From Candidatus Latescibacterota bacterium (GTDB taxonomy: Bacteria; Latescibacterota; UBA2968; UBA8231), in NCBI GenBank assembly GCA_965223905.1, contig CBDCXV010000010.1, forward strand, positions 576,001-640,000: a stretch of DNA of 64,000 nucleotides, read 5' to 3'. The position numbers and the translations under genes are program-made. Shown one piece after another: positions 18,570 to 27,801 of this stretch (position 1 is the first letter of the stretch; each line of letters begins with the position of its first letter). The notes under the pieces were generated by a model that saw only the letters and a list, made by a program, of their open reading frames with translations, searched no databases and had not been told where the DNA came from.

Positions 18570-19412
18570 ATGGATATGGCCATCTTGTCCGACGACCAGC
18601 ACGGCTCCTTCGAGCGGGACGGGTACCTCCATGTCCCGGGGGTGCTGAACGAGAGCGAGAGCGCGCGCTGTACCGAAACGTGCGACCGCCTGATGGCCGA
18701 CTTCCGGGCGGGGCGGTTTCGCCAGAAGCCGGACGCCGACAGCGCCTACCTGCAGCTGCGGGACAGCGTCGTCCAGGAGCCCGGGCTGCGCCGGCTGCTC
18801 GCCCACACCCCCGCGGTGCCGTTCATCGTCCAGCTCCTCAGCCCCAACATCCACCTGCACACCGCGGCCGTCATCTACAAGGATCCCGAAGGCGAGGACC
18901 GCGGGCTGCGCACCTGGCACCGGGATATCGGACTGACCCCGGATCTCGGCCACGACGGACAGGTGCGCGCCGGCGTCAAGGTCTGCTACTGCCTCACCGA
19001 TTTCCCCGGGCCGCGCTGCGGCATCACCATGTTCGCACGCGGCAGCCACCGGCTCCGCGAGCCGCTCGGCATTCCGGAGGGGGAGGTCGATCCGCCGGCC
19101 ATGGTCGAGCTCACCCCGAGGGCGGGGGACGCGGTCCTGTTCGAGAACCGCACCTTCCACAGCGTCGCCCCCAACACCAGCGACTGCGTCTCCAAGGTCG
19201 TCATCTACGGGTACGCCTACCGCTGGATGCGCGTCGACCAGGCCCTTCGGCTGCCGGACGCCGAGCTCGCCGCGGCTGCCGGCGAGGTGGAGAAGCAGCT
19301 GTTGGGGGGCGTCCCCGGCGAGGCCCTGCCGGAAACGGTGAAGGAGTGGGCGCGGGAGAACGGCCTGCCGGTCGAGGAGGTGCCGATGACGGTCGAGGCG
19401 CCGGCCCGGTGA
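18570..19412 (+). CDS. Phytanoyl-CoA dioxygenase (PhyH) family protein
   Basis: FERDGYL, WHRD, RGSH, AGDAVLFENRTFH. Confidence 0.85.
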   Translation: MDMAILSDDQHGSFERDGYLHVPGVLNESESARCTETCDRLMADFRAGRFRQKPDADSAYLQLRDSVVQEPGLRRLLAHTPAVPFIVQLLSPNIHLHTAAVIYKDPEGEDRGLRTWHRDIGLTPDLGHDGQVRAGVKVCYCLTDFPGPRCGITMFARGSHRLREPLGIPEGEVDPPAMVELTPRAGDAVLFENRTFHSVAPNTSDCVSKVVIYGYAYRWMRVDQALRLPDAELAAAAGEVEKQLLGGVPGEALPETVKEWARENGLPVEEVPMTVEAPAR

Positions 19413-19555
19413 GCGGGAAGCCGCGGACCGGAATGAGATCCCCTCGCATTGCCATCCAGCCGCGGAATTGCGATTCGCCGGACCAAGGGCACTTTACTAG
19501 TAAAGAGGGCAAAGTGGTTGTTACTCTCCCTACCTCTACAAGGGCCATTTCACCT

Positions 19556-19777
19556 ATGGATCCGGTCAGAATCAGCACGATTTCATCCAAGGGACAGACC
19601 ACGGTTCCCGCGGCCATTCGCCGTTCCCTGGATCTGCATCCGGGAGACGCCATCGCCTATGAAGTGGACGGCGACAAGGTCAGCATCCACAAGGCTTCGA
19701 AAATCGACCTGGAGTGGGCCAGGGCCCTTGAACGGACCCTGCCGGAGTGGCAGGACGGAGAAGACGATGACCTGTAG
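19556..19777 (+). CDS. AbrB/MazE-type antitoxin
   Basis: STISSKGQTTVPAAIRRSLDLHPGD swapped-hairpin motif with acidic tail LPEWQDGEDDDL. Confidence 0.85.
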   Translation: MDPVRISTISSKGQTTVPAAIRRSLDLHPGDAIAYEVDGDKVSIHKASKIDLEWARALERTLPEWQDGEDDDL

Positions 19778-20121
19778 CCCCTTCGACGTCGTCGTGCCTT
19801 TCCCGCAGCAACCTGCCCCGCTCCAAACGCCGCAAGGCACTGGTCCTGTCCGACCGGACGTTCAACCGAAAAAACGCCTCTACCCTGCTCATGATGATCA
19901 CCAGCGCCTACCGCAGCGCCTGGCATCTCGACGTGTCCATCGAGCAGTGGAGGGAGGCCGGCTTGCGAAAAGCCTGCCTCGCCCGCTTGAAGCTGTTCAC
20001 GCTGGACAACGGACTTATCCACGGCACATTAGGGCGCCTGGGGGAGAAGGATCAACGCAGGGTAACCGAGGCGTTGCGGGCTGCAATGCCCTCCGCCTTG
20101 CATCCGATTGAGGGTACCTGA
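19767..20121 (+). pseudogene. PemK/MazF-family toxin, frameshifted near 19806
   Basis: MTCSPFDVVVPFP | SNLPRSKRRKALVLSD..FN...MMITSA..W..D.....GL.....RLKLFTLD...GRL. Confidence 0.8.
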
Positions 20122-21041
20122 TAAGCGGGAATCAATTCCCGAATCCAAGGAATCCAAAAACATGCAGACGATTAAGAGCTTCTTCGACGAACTGGCACCC
20201 CGTTTGGACACGGCGAGAGTCCTGGACCAGGAACTCGACCGGAATCTGGCCCGCAGATTCAACGTGCTCGACTACTTGAAGACGGATGAACTGGGGCTTT
20301 CCCGGATCATCGCTGATCTGTTAAACCCTGAAGCAACCCATGGTCAGGGAGTGCTGTTTCTCCAGATGTTCGTGGCGAATTTGAAGGGGTTGGATGAGAC
20401 TACAGACTGGCCCGACCTCGAAAGAAGCCGAATTACAGTGGTACCCGAGCAGTGGAAAATTGACCTCATCGTGGAAATTAATGACCCCGATGGAAAGTAC
20501 TGCCTGGCCATCGAGAACAAGCCCTACGCCCGCGATCAGGAGAACCAGGTCAAGCGCTACCTGGAACTCCTTGAGGGAGAATACGGTAACCGATTCTTAT
20601 TGATTTATCTCCCACCTACAGGTGAAAGGCCGTCAAGTATTCACAAAGATGAGCTGAAGAAGAAGTGGAAAGGCCGCTTTGCTATCATGCCGTACCACAA
20701 AGTTCATGAGGAAGTAGCAGACGAACTTAATGAATTCCGTCTTTCTCATTCGCTCGCCGACTGGCTCGGGGAGTGCCGCAAAAACTGCGATGTAGAACGA
20801 TTGCGTTGGTTTCTTCGCGACGCCGAAACATTCTGCCAACGAACATTTGGAGGCCAAGCCATGACTACGGATATCGAAACTGACGCGATCCGAGACTTCG
20901 TGATGTCAGATCCGGACAGACTGAGAACCGCTGTAAGGATTTACGGGTCCTGGCCTGTCATCAGGGATAAAGTGTGCAGAAACTTCCTTGAACGATTACG
21001 GTCCAGAATCGAGGAGAAGGCGAGGGAGAATTCTACTCTGA

Positions 21042-22439
21042 ACTGGACTTTTGCAAACTCCACTTTTACTAAAGTTTGAGATGTGCGACAATTCTCTGCT
21101 CTGTCCACCCTATTGTGGCTTGGTCCACTACCCAGGAGATAGTCATACTGAGCGTTTCTCGCGACACCGCTCGACAGGCTTCGCCGATGGTCGTCAGCAC
21201 GCTATGAGCCCAGTCACGCGCACGGCCCTGCCGCATCCGTGCCATGAGCAGACTGTGCGTCAGCATCACGAGGTACATATGCCGGGTTTGGCCCTCGCCG
21301 CTGCGTAACTGACAGTCTCCCATGCCCAGATGGTGCTTGCCGTCCCGATGAAAGGTCTCGGTGCCCGTCCAGCGTTTGCGATACACGTTCAGTATACGAC
21401 TGACCTCCCAATGCACGCGGTTGGTGAGCAGAAACTTGACCGCTTCCCTGCCGTTCTTGCGATCCCACAGGATCACCAGACGAACGCGGTGACCGAGCTT
21501 GGGCAGGCGCACGGTCCGGGTGAAATACCATTGCTTGCGGTCGCCGATGCCGACGCGTTTGCGGTCTTCGGATGGAATGGTCGCGGCCACTTCGGCGGCC
21601 TTCATCTGACGGCCCTGAAACTCGACCTTGCGGTTGCTCTTCAGGGCGCTTACGTAGCCGCGCTCATGAGTATGGATGTGATCGAGACTCTCGACACTGC
21701 TGAAGTAGCAGTCAAAGGCGAAATCGCCCGGGATCTGTCGGAAAACAACCCAGTCCACCAGCTCTTTGAACAGCTCGGTATGGCTCTTGAAGGACGTGTC
21801 CGTGTCGTCCTCCTGGCGCTTGCGAAAGCGCCGGAATTCCAACGGATAGTATTTCCCCGACGTGCACACGTAGTTGGCGATGACGTAGTCGTGCGCAATC
21901 ATATGGCGCTTGTCGGAGTGATCCCAGAACCACCCCACGTCCTCGATCTTGTCTCCGCTGTGGCCGACCAGGGTGTTGTCGATGGCGATCACCCCGCGCG
22001 CCGAATAGCGCGCCGAATAGCGCGTCGAGGGGGAGTCCTGCAACCAGTCCAAGCGATGTTCGTTGAGCAGCTTTTCATCCCAGGACACCTGCGTAATCCA
22101 GCGATTCAGGCAGGATTGATCCGTGGTGTCGGCAAACTCGGCGTTGATCGCCGATACGTTTTTGCGCTCCGTCACCACAAGCCCGGTCAGGTATTCGCCG
22201 AAATGCCGGCGCTCCGGGGCATTGGCAAACAGCCCGCCAAACTCCTCCAGCGCCTCCTCGACCACGGTGGGAAAAGCAATAATGCCTGGCATCGACGACC
22301 TCTCTCATCGCATCGCCAGGGGAGACCAAGGCGGGGGATGCCTTCGTTCTACCAAAAATACCAAAAAAACCGGCCAGCTTGGGGATGCCTGAATTCTTGA
22401 CCGGTCATCCTGGAATTGGGCTTTTTGCAAAAGTCCAGT
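21042..22439 (-). mobile_element. Complete IS701-family insertion sequence, 1398 bp
   Basis: Perfect 16-bp IRs ACTGGACTTTTGCAAA (21042-57) / TTTGCAAAAGTCCAGT (22424-39); CTGA direct repeat on both flanks (could also be read as TCTGAA). Confidence 0.9.
21069..22292 (-). CDS. IS701-family DDE transposase
   Basis: VIAIDNT, AFDCYF, LKSNR, Y..RW...ETFHRDGKHHLGMGDCQLR. Confidence 0.88.
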   Translation of the reverse strand: MPGIIAFPTVVEEALEEFGGLFANAPERRHFGEYLTGLVVTERKNVSAINAEFADTTDQSCLNRWITQVSWDEKLLNEHRLDWLQDSPSTRYSARYSARGVIAIDNTLVGHSGDKIEDVGWFWDHSDKRHMIAHDYVIANYVCTSGKYYPLEFRRFRKRQEDDTDTSFKSHTELFKELVDWVVFRQIPGDFAFDCYFSSVESLDHIHTHERGYVSALKSNRKVEFQGRQMKAAEVAATIPSEDRKRVGIGDRKQWYFTRTVRLPKLGHRVRLVILWDRKNGREAVKFLLTNRVHWEVSRILNVYRKRWTGTETFHRDGKHHLGMGDCQLRSGEGQTRHMYLVMLTHSLLMARMRQGRARDWAHSVLTTIGEACRAVSRETLSMTISWVVDQATIGWTEQRIVAHLKL

Positions 22440-23185
22440 CTGAAGGTTTTTGTCGGCGACATGAAGGTAAAAGGCGAATATAACGGTGAGTACAATTATG
22501 CAAATTGGGTCAGCCTGTATCGAGATTGTTGGGCTCGTTACAAAGGAGGAGATGACTGGCCCACCAATATTTGCCTTCAAAATCAAAAGAAAGGCCCGAA
22601 TGACTGGATCCTTGGCGTAGCTAGTCCAAAGCCAAAGGCGGCGTCTTGATGAAAGGCTTACGGACAAGCTCCGCTCTGGCAAATCTACTGATTGGTGGCT
22701 ATGGTCGGTTCGGGTGGAAGAGGAAAAAAGAAATTGGGATCCACTTGTCCCGGAATTGCATAAAGAATGCCAGGAAAAAGATTTCGACGGGGAAATCACC
22801 AAGTATTTTGTAGACTGGTTCATTGAAATTGCGGAAAAGGCGATACCGATTATCGACGAGATCGAATCCAGGTAGGCAGCAGCAAGACCTGATCCCTGCA
22901 TAGCGCCTGACTGTGGGCGGCCTTTGTTCCGACGCAGGCAGGCGCCGCTAACCTTCATAGCGAGCCATCCGTCAGAAGATCCGCATTGGTATTAGCTCCA
23001 CCTCAGTCAGCACCGCCGGCGTGCCTTCCGATCGACGCACGAATTTCCCCGGGCCGAACCAGGTCCACCACCCTGCTTTAACCAGGCACTCAGAATCTCC
23101 TTCTTTCCACGGGCATGGGCTGAGGCAGTGGCCCACTCCGGTACCAAGTCCCAGGGCACCGCTCCTGCATTATGTGTCTCAAACA

Positions 23186-24808
23186 TCATGCTTGAGAGAC
23201 ATAGTAACGCACCAGGAGCTCGAGCTTCTCGACCCGCACCGGCTCCGCGGCCTCCTCCCCTCCCACGAGGCGGACGCCGACCAGGTTCTCCCCGACCGCT
23301 GCCGCCAGCGGATCGACCGGGAAGACCAGCCAGCCAGCCACTGCCTCGCAACGGGCGAGCAGGCAGTTGTTCAGGCACACCTCGACCCTTTCTGCTATGC
23401 CGGTCGCGGGCGGTTCGTTCATCAGGCCGCCGGCATGCCCGATGGTCGCGACCTCTACGGCCGGGAGGCGTTCGCTCTCGGGGAGCGCCGCGGCGTTGGG
23501 ATCGGAGAGCAGCAGGCGCAGCGACAGGACAGCCTTCCCTTCCGTGGCAACGTCGTCCCCGACGCGCAAGGGCAGCAAGGTGTCGGTTTTGCCGCTGTTG
23601 TCGAGGTCGGCCGGCAGCGGCGCCAGCATGTTGGTGTTGGCATAGCAGTAGCGAGGGGTGGACCAGTCCTCGGGGTTGGGGATCACCGAGGGGCCGTGGC
23701 CGCCGCCGCGGCGCTGGACGACGAACAGCTTGTCCCTGCCCCGGATGGTATCCGGGCTGCCCAGTTCCCTGTACGCCTGCAGGTGGCTCCGCCAGTCCTG
23801 GCCGGCGTAGGGCGCATCGGCGCCGAAGTTGAAGTTGAAGGTGTGCAGGCCGTCGGCGCCGTCCCGCCGCCAGGTGGAGGCGAGCCCGCGAAACAGCTCG
23901 ATGCCGGGGTTCTGGTACCCGTCCGAGGCGTGGTGGTCGTCGATGCTCGGGTAGAGCCGGATCTGCGTGCCCCTGCAGATCCTTCGGAAGTCGACGAGGT
24001 CGACCTCGAGCGAGCGCACCCCGGGAACCAGCAGGTCGACCAGCTCCTCCCGCGCCCAGGTCTCGACGTCGAGGCCGTCGAAACGGCAGCCGGCGAGGTT
24101 TTCCGGGACCCGCGCCGCCAGCAGCATCGGCCGCCCGCGCCCCTTGCCGATCCGCAGCAGCATTTCCCGCATTTCGCGCACGAAACCGGTCATGCAGTCG
24201 CGCCGCAGCCATGCGGTCCCCGCGGGGAAACAGACCCCTGAGCGCGCGTAGTCGAGCTCGATGCCGTCGAACGGCCAGCGCTCGGCGACCTCCCGCAGGT
24301 TCTCCAGGACGTGCTCCCTCACTTCGGGGTGGGAAAAGTCCCAGTAGCGGTTGTGCTCGTGGGTGCACCAGGGGGTGCGGAACGTCCACTCCGGGTGCGC
24401 TGCCTTGGCGGGGATGACGGCGAACGGCCCGAGGTCGTTGTCGGAGCCGTTCATGCGGTGCGAGAAGAAGGCCTCGAGGCCGCGGCGGCGCGTCTCTTGG
24501 AGGACGAGCCCGACGATGTCGGTTCCTTCCTCCGCCCAGCCGCGGTACAACAGGTGGTCGTAGAGCGGCAGCCGACCGCTGGGATACGGGGCCTGGTTCC
24601 CCTCTCCCCAGTTCCACCAGATGCTGTCGATCTGCGAGCCCTCGGCGTCGGCGAACTCGAACAGGTGATCGACCAGCCCCGGCAGGTCGACGGCGCCGTC
24701 GCTTTTTCGGTGGTACACGTTGATCGCGAAGGTGACGTCGAAGTTGACGACGATGCGCCGGCGGCGGGCGGCGGCACGGCGGTGCTCTTCCGTCGGCGTC
24801 AGCGGCAT
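23186..24808 (-). CDS. Glycoside hydrolase-like TIM-barrel protein (GHL10/DUF187-like)
   Basis: FFSHRMN, HPEW, WDFSHPEVR, DGIELDY.R, DVETW, GADGL.TFN. Confidence 0.65.
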   Translation of the reverse strand: MPLTPTEEHRRAAARRRRIVVNFDVTFAINVYHRKSDGAVDLPGLVDHLFEFADAEGSQIDSIWWNWGEGNQAPYPSGRLPLYDHLLYRGWAEEGTDIVGLVLQETRRRGLEAFFSHRMNGSDNDLGPFAVIPAKAAHPEWTFRTPWCTHEHNRYWDFSHPEVREHVLENLREVAERWPFDGIELDYARSGVCFPAGTAWLRRDCMTGFVREMREMLLRIGKGRGRPMLLAARVPENLAGCRFDGLDVETWAREELVDLLVPGVRSLEVDLVDFRRICRGTQIRLYPSIDDHHASDGYQNPGIELFRGLASTWRRDGADGLHTFNFNFGADAPYAGQDWRSHLQAYRELGSPDTIRGRDKLFVVQRRGGGHGPSVIPNPEDWSTPRYCYANTNMLAPLPADLDNSGKTDTLLPLRVGDDVATEGKAVLSLRLLLSDPNAAALPESERLPAVEVATIGHAGGLMNEPPATGIAERVEVCLNNCLLARCEAVAGWLVFPVDPLAAAVGENLVGVRLVGGEEAAEPVRVEKLELLVRYYVSQA

Positions 24809-24941
24809 CGGCTCATTCCATGAGGTCCGCCTGGATCGGTTTGACCCGTCGGGGCATTTGCCGCCGCGGCTGACAGAACGCGCGGCCGCTGCGACCGGGG
24901 TTCGGGGACCAGGGCAAGAGGCCGCTCCCGAAATGGAGTCC

Positions 24942-26057
24942 TCAAGCCGCTCCGAGCCGGCGGGCGACCGCCTCGATCTCGTCGTCGCCGTAGAGGACCT
25001 GGAAGGCGCTGTCGGTCGGGTGGCCGTCCCTCATCAGCGGCTCCGACGGCCGCGGCAGCTCCCAGTTCTCGATCTCCTCCAGCCGGGCCATTTCCCCCCC
25101 CTTCTCGAGGACGGAGTAGAAGGGCAGCAGGAACATGCGCAGCTTCTCCATCGTCGCCTCCCCGGTTTCCGGCGATTTACCGGTCTCGAACATCTCCTGG
25201 AGGACGAGCTGCGCCGAGTTCCAGGTGTTGTACTGGAAATGCTGGGCGCTCGCCGGGACGCGGCCCTCGGCGTCGCCGAACTCCGCCGGGCCCAAGACGC
25301 GCATGTACCCGGCCCCGTCCGCTCCCGAGACCTGGTGCAGGGCCCCGTGGAAGGGGCCTTCCGGGCCCTCGTGCTCGAAGACGATCACGCCTCCCGGGGT
25401 GCGCCAGTCCTGCGTGTGATACGCCGCCGCGGCCAGCCTCACCCGGCCCTTTGCGATCTCCTCCCTGAGGGCGGCGTGGATGTACCAGACCCCGTGCAGG
25501 CCGTGGGAGTAGTAGTCGCTGGCGGAATTGTGGGCGACGTACCCCTTGATCGTTCCCATGTTGGCCAGCTTGAGCCGCAGGTCGCCGATGCTCTCCGATG
25601 CCTCCCAGGACGACATCGTGTACAGGGCGGCGCCGTGCTTTTCGGCGCAGGCGATCATCTCGCGGCCCTTGGCCAGGGAGGTGGCGAAGGGGCGGTTGAC
25701 GAAGGTCGGTATCCCGGCTTCGAGAAACGGCCGCGCCAGCACCGGGTAGAGGGAGATGGCGGTGATGTCGTCGACGATGACCCCGTCGACCTGCCCGATC
25801 ATGTCGCGCGGATCCTCGACGGCGACGGTCTCCCGGAACTTGCCGGCCACCTGCGCGGCGAACTGCGGGCGCACGCTCCAGACGTGGGTCAGGATCATCC
25901 CGGTGGTACGGATGAAATCCGCGGTGGGGTTCATCTTCTCGCCCCAGATGTTGAGGGTGTGGCCGCCGTTTCCGGTGATGACGCCGACCCTGACGAGGTC
26001 GCGGTCGCTGGTGCGGGTGAATCTGCGTTCGGTCACGTGATTTCCTCCCGGCTTCAT
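24942..26057 (-). CDS. Gfo/Idh/MocA family oxidoreductase
   Basis: VRVGVI, MIGQVDGV, ARPFLEAGIPTFVNRPFA, YYSHGLH. Confidence 0.7.
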   Translation of the reverse strand: MKPGGNHVTERRFTRTSDRDLVRVGVITGNGGHTLNIWGEKMNPTADFIRTTGMILTHVWSVRPQFAAQVAGKFRETVAVEDPRDMIGQVDGVIVDDITAISLYPVLARPFLEAGIPTFVNRPFATSLAKGREMIACAEKHGAALYTMSSWEASESIGDLRLKLANMGTIKGYVAHNSASDYYSHGLHGVWYIHAALREEIAKGRVRLAAAAYHTQDWRTPGGVIVFEHEGPEGPFHGALHQVSGADGAGYMRVLGPAEFGDAEGRVPASAQHFQYNTWNSAQLVLQEMFETGKSPETGEATMEKLRMFLLPFYSVLEKGGEMARLEEIENWELPRPSEPLMRDGHPTDSAFQVLYGDDEIEAVARRLGAA

Positions 26058-26091
26058 GTTATGGGGTGGGCAGCAGCCGGTTCGGTTCCGG

Positions 26092-27795
26092 CTATCGCGG
26101 CCGCGCCGACGTGCTGCCTGAAAATGCCCTCATCCCGTACCAGTTCAAACCGCCGTCCCCGATTTCGACCGGGGGCTCCGGCCCGACGACACCTTGCCGG
26201 CGCGTCAGGAACAGGAAGCTCTCGTACCCTGCCTGCCTCAGCTTCTTCCGCAGCGGGTCCATGGCGTGGGGAAACTCGACGTAGAAGACCGGTTTGTCGG
26301 AGAAGACGCGGTAGAGCTCGTGCCCGCCCCAGCGCTCGCTCGTCAGTACCACCTGCTCGGGGCTCGCGGCGACGAAGTCGTTGAGCCGGTGGGAGAACTC
26401 CTTCTTGCGGCGCAGCAGCTCGACCGAGAACAGCTGCGCCCCGACGCTGACGGCGACCACCGCGGCGAGGCTCCAGGACCTCCAGGATCGCCAGCCGCGG
26501 CCTTCCAGCCGCCGCCACTGCTCGAGGTTGACCGCGGCCAAAAGCGACCAGACCGGGTAGAGGATGAGCAGGAAGCGGTTGCCCCAGTGCAGGCCGGAGG
26601 AGCCGAGGGCGGGGGCGGCGACAGCGTAAAGCCCGGCGTAGGCGGTCACCAGCCGCGCCAGCCAGAGGCGCACACGTCCGTCCCCGCAGCGCGGGAAGGC
26701 GAGGATCGCCAGGGGCGCTGCCGCGAACAGGCTGTTCGAAGAGGCCAGGAGGCAGGACAGGAGGCTGTCGGAGAGGAGGTAGCCGCCGTAGGAGACCAGG
26801 GCGCTTACCGCCGCCGCGGCGCCGTACAGGGGCAGGGCGGTGCGGAAGCCGGAGTCGCCGAAGCGCGGTCGGCGCAGCCAGGCGTAGAGGAACGGCGCCG
26901 AGAGAAAAATCGAGATGATCGGCGCCGGGGTCGCCGCGACCAGCAGGTTGTAGAACACCTTCGGCCTGTCGAGGAGGTGCCCCAGGATTCCCTCCGAAGA
27001 GAACAGGTGGGTCGACAGGTGTTGTCCCAGCGGGCTGCCCATGACCTGCCACTGCCAGATCCAGAGCGGCGACAGGCAGACCGCCATGGTGCACCCGCAC
27101 CGGAGCGCGGTCTGCAGCCACCTCGATCTCCGGGACGCCACCGCGCCCAGGGCCAGCAGCGCGCACAGGAGGTAGAGATCCTCCCTGAGATAGACCGCGA
27201 GGCTGACGAGAACGGCGCCGCGGACGAGATCCCGGGTCGCGCCCGCATCGACGAAGCGTGCGAAGAACAGCATTGCCCACAGGCAGAGACAGGCCGCGGC
27301 GCAGTGTTCCCAGAAAGCGACGCCGTAAAACCAGACCGGGGTGGCGAGGCCTGCGATCAGCACCGCGGCCTGCCGGGCCCTGGCGCCTCCGCCGGCGAGA
27401 GCGCAGAGCTCCCCTACCGCCCTCAGCATCAGCAGCGCCGAGACGAACGGCAGCAGGTAGAGCCCCCAGTAACCCAGGAGCGCGTACGGAGCCGCCGACA
27501 CCATGGCGAAGACGGGAGAGAACACCGAGTACAGCTCGCCTTCGCGCACCGCCGAGAAGTAATTCGGCAGGGGGTTGTAGACGAACTCCGGGTCGATGCT
27601 TTTGCCGGGCCACGGAATGGCGAAGCTCGCAAAGCCACTCTGCAACAGGGCCCGCACCTGCAGGAACTTGGCGGCGTTGTCCGTGGTCCACAGGCCGTCC
27701 CGCTCGAAGCAGAGCAGGGTCAGCAGGTACACCAGGCCGACCGCGGCCAGCGGTGCCGCGGTTCCCCGTCCCTTTCGTGTCAGGTACTCGGCCAT
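26092..27795 (-). CDS. Polytopic membrane protein, GT-C/PMT-like putative glycosyltransferase (LA_3751-like)
   Basis: TTDNAAKFLQV after TM1, PYALLG..GLYLLP, TP.WFY...FWEH, LREDL, HWGNRFLL. Confidence 0.6.
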   Translation of the reverse strand: MAEYLTRKGRGTAAPLAAVGLVYLLTLLCFERDGLWTTDNAAKFLQVRALLQSGFASFAIPWPGKSIDPEFVYNPLPNYFSAVREGELYSVFSPVFAMVSAAPYALLGYWGLYLLPFVSALLMLRAVGELCALAGGGARARQAAVLIAGLATPVWFYGVAFWEHCAAACLCLWAMLFFARFVDAGATRDLVRGAVLVSLAVYLREDLYLLCALLALGAVASRRSRWLQTALRCGCTMAVCLSPLWIWQWQVMGSPLGQHLSTHLFSSEGILGHLLDRPKVFYNLLVAATPAPIISIFLSAPFLYAWLRRPRFGDSGFRTALPLYGAAAAVSALVSYGGYLLSDSLLSCLLASSNSLFAAAPLAILAFPRCGDGRVRLWLARLVTAYAGLYAVAAPALGSSGLHWGNRFLLILYPVWSLLAAVNLEQWRRLEGRGWRSWRSWSLAAVVAVSVGAQLFSVELLRRKKEFSHRLNDFVAASPEQVVLTSERWGGHELYRVFSDKPVFYVEFPHAMDPLRKKLRQAGYESFLFLTRRQGVVGPEPPVEIGDGGLNWYGMRAFSGSTSARPR

Positions 27796-27801
27796 CGGCG
27801 G

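Larger units (their letters stand above)
20162..22875 (+). pseudogene. PD-(D/E)XK nuclease family protein (PDDEXK_4-like) interrupted by an IS
   Basis: FNVLDYL..ELGLSRIIADLLNP...HGQG..FL; IDL; IENKPYARDQENQ; the empty site restores the frame ENSTL|KVFVGDMK; a further frameshift near 22640; visibly lower GC. Confidence 0.8.
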
